DNA from: Marsupella aquatica
Lineage: Eukaryota; Plantae; Marchantiophyta
DNA length: 64,000 nt
Reading direction: 5' to 3'
NCBI GenBank assembly: GCA_973895155.1
Contig: OZ316891.1
Span: forward strand, 12,336,771-12,400,770
The position numbers were made by a program, and so were the translations under genes. The number at the start of each line of letters is the position of its first letter. Positions within the stretch are counted from its first letter, which is position 1. Positions 61,801-64,000 of the stretch are shown here, piece after piece. Under the pieces are notes generated by a model. It had not been told where the DNA came from. It made no database searches and saw only the letters and a program-made list of their open reading frames with translations.

Positions 61801-64000
61801 CAGAAAGAGAGTTTACCAGATTGAGCGCCTTGCAACAAATCTCTGTTTGCCAAGGCTGCCAATCCTTTACCACTCAAGTGCCCCAACCGTGCATGCCACA
61901 AATCTATGGCTTGTGTGCGACCAGATGTTGAGGGTGCTTCAATTGAAGCAGCCGTAGATAACTCTACAGCAGATGTTGCCGCTGCATCCGAACGTGCCAC
62001 CATAGAATCCACATGCTCCACTCTAGGAGCAATGACATCTCCTTCCAAGATATACAAATTATTCTGCCGTAGCGCCTTAATCAAAGATACATCATCTTTG
62101 ACGACAAAGAGCGCACCATCACGTGCAGTGAAATGAGATCCACCAGCTTCCAAAGCACCAAGAGAAATCAAATTCTTAGAGATGTCTGGTATGTGTCTGA
62201 CTCTCGTCAGTGCTCGCACAACACCATCAAACATCCGGAATTTGATAGTCCCCATGCCAACAATCGCACATCGGACTCCATTTCCGATTTCCACAGTACC
62301 GGTACAAGGTTGGTAAGTGGAGAAATACGATTGCGTTGGACACACGTGATAAGAGGAACCCAAATCCAACATCCATTTATTGTCATACACAGAATTCACA
62401 GCACCAATACATAGCACTTCAACAGCATCCTCATTATCAGCAATCACAATACCAGTCGACGATGAGGACGCACCATTGGAAGCAGGATGCTTCTGCTTTG
62501 ACAGAGAAGGACAATTCCACTTGGTGTGGCCCTTCTCATGGCAATGCCAACACTGCACTTTCTTACTACGGGACTTAGATTTAGATCTACTATGTGATTT
62601 AGATCTAGACTGATCCGTAGTATGCTCCGTCGATCTGCCTCTAACCACTAAGGCAGTAGACTCATTATCACGGCCAGAAAGTTGTCGCTTGCCCCATTCT
62701 GCAAGAATGGTAGCCTTTACCTCATCCAGCTTCAACGTAGACTTGTCATGTGTGATAACTGTCACCAACGTCGAATAGCTATGAGGAAGCGACATCAACA
62801 AATGCATCGCAAGATACTCATCGGTCAACTTGTCTCCCGCCGTGGCCACCTCGTGCACAATCTCATCAAAGAGACTGAGGTGATCACGCATGTTGCCACC
62901 ATCCTTCAACTTCAACCTGAACAGCCGCTCCAAGTGATAAATGCGAGTAGTCAACAAAGTACTCTGGTATAGCTGAGTAAGCATATCCCAGATTTTCTTG
63001 GCATTCCGATCCATCCCCAACACGTTCTTGAGAATGTTGTTTGCCAAGAACAACTCAATTGTGCTACACGCCTGCACCGACATGTCCTCCCACTCCTCAT
63101 CTGTTAGATTCGAGGGTTTCACTCCAGTGAGGGTCTTCTCAAGACCCTGCTGGATCAACACATTGGTCACCTTCCGAGTCCAGAGGCTGAATCTGACCTT
63201 CCCGTCAAACTTCTCCACCTCAAACTTCGGCGCCGCAAGCTTTCTTGAAGTCATTGATGCTGCCACAAACACACAGGAAACACAACCGAAATACCTCCAC
63301 CCAAAAAGTCACCAAAAAATGAAAGTTGGTGAAAGTGGAAATGGAATGCAATGCCGCGTAGCCTGCAAGGTACACTACCAAGATCTGAAAATGATTTGGC
63401 AAAAAACTTCTCTAGCGAAAACTTATTCAACCCGGACCGGAGGGGGGTCAAAATGGCCGTTTGGACCCCCGTCGGGTATCTTAGGTCCCAAAATTTTTTT
63501 GCAATAGTTAAATGCAAATCGATTTCATAGGCCCATGCTCAACTTCCTTGAGTATCCCCTTGCAAAGCAGTGCGAAAAAATTCTGCCTCCACAACCGCCG
63601 AATTCGGAAATTTCGGCCAAAATTCAGCTCTCTGGAAAAGTATCTTTCGGAGGGAATCAAAGTACAGTCGAATTTTACAGCAGAAGAAATGTGGAGCCAA
63701 CACCTGTCCACCTGGGAAGTAAGAGTAATCGCGGAGAGAAAAAGAAAAGAACACTTAAAAGAAAAAAAACAATGAAGACTAGGGACGAGCGTTCGTCCCT
63801 ACCGACCTCAAAAAAATTCTTTAAAAAAACTTTTCCGTGCCTTGCCCTCCTGCGCATAGGGTCGCGCATTGACCCTTTAAATACTTCCTCGTACCCTCCT
63901 TAAATGCACCCGAGCCCTCCTGGCTAGCTCGTACATTTATAGGGCCTCGTGCCCTTGAAACCACTTAAGTGCTCCCGAAAGGAGGGAGCATTAAAACTCC
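58871..64000 (-). mobile_element. Ty1/copia LTR retrotransposon; 5' LTR outside the window
   Basis: 3' LTR 58871-59170 (TGTTAGG...TTACA on the minus strand), preceded by the polypurine tract AAGGTGGAGAT. Domain order gag-PR-IN-RT-RH. Confidence 0.95.
59238..63254 (-). pseudogene. Copia gag-pol polyprotein interrupted by one in-frame TAG (61776-61778)
   Basis: Gag CWHCHEKGHTKWNC, PR WMLDLGSSYH, IN HARLGH...CEDC, VHSDVWG, RSDNGGEY, NGVAER, RT YVDD, RH DSDYAG/EAEY/ADMLTK. The two listed ORFs are in the same frame across GK*RRV. Confidence 0.93.

Overview
Eukaryotic, intron-rich land-plant nuclear DNA. A cilia-associated UPF0193/EVG1 gene and the plastid-derived insert suggest a lineage with flagellated sperm, possibly a liverwort or other bryophyte (inference). 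Six host-type genes are present: EVG1-like (-, 3' end outside the window), DNE1-like NYN/OST-HTH endoribonuclease (-), ASFT/FHT-like BAHD acyltransferase (-), inositol monophosphatase with a putative transit peptide (-), PIG-X (-) and a DUF674 protein (+). The window also holds a decayed plastid trnI/trnA insertion, several MITEs, tandem repeats, a copia solo LTR and a nearly intact Ty1/copia element whose 5' LTR lies beyond the window. The strongest candidate for novelty is an intact 2OG-Fe(II) dioxygenase (54087-55112) with an intronless CDS that I recognise as ascomycete-like. It is followed immediately by a second, start-less reading frame split by a 61-nt fungal-style intron, suggesting a DNA-mediated fungus-to-plant horizontal transfer. 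All family calls come from motif recognition by eye; no database searches were run.
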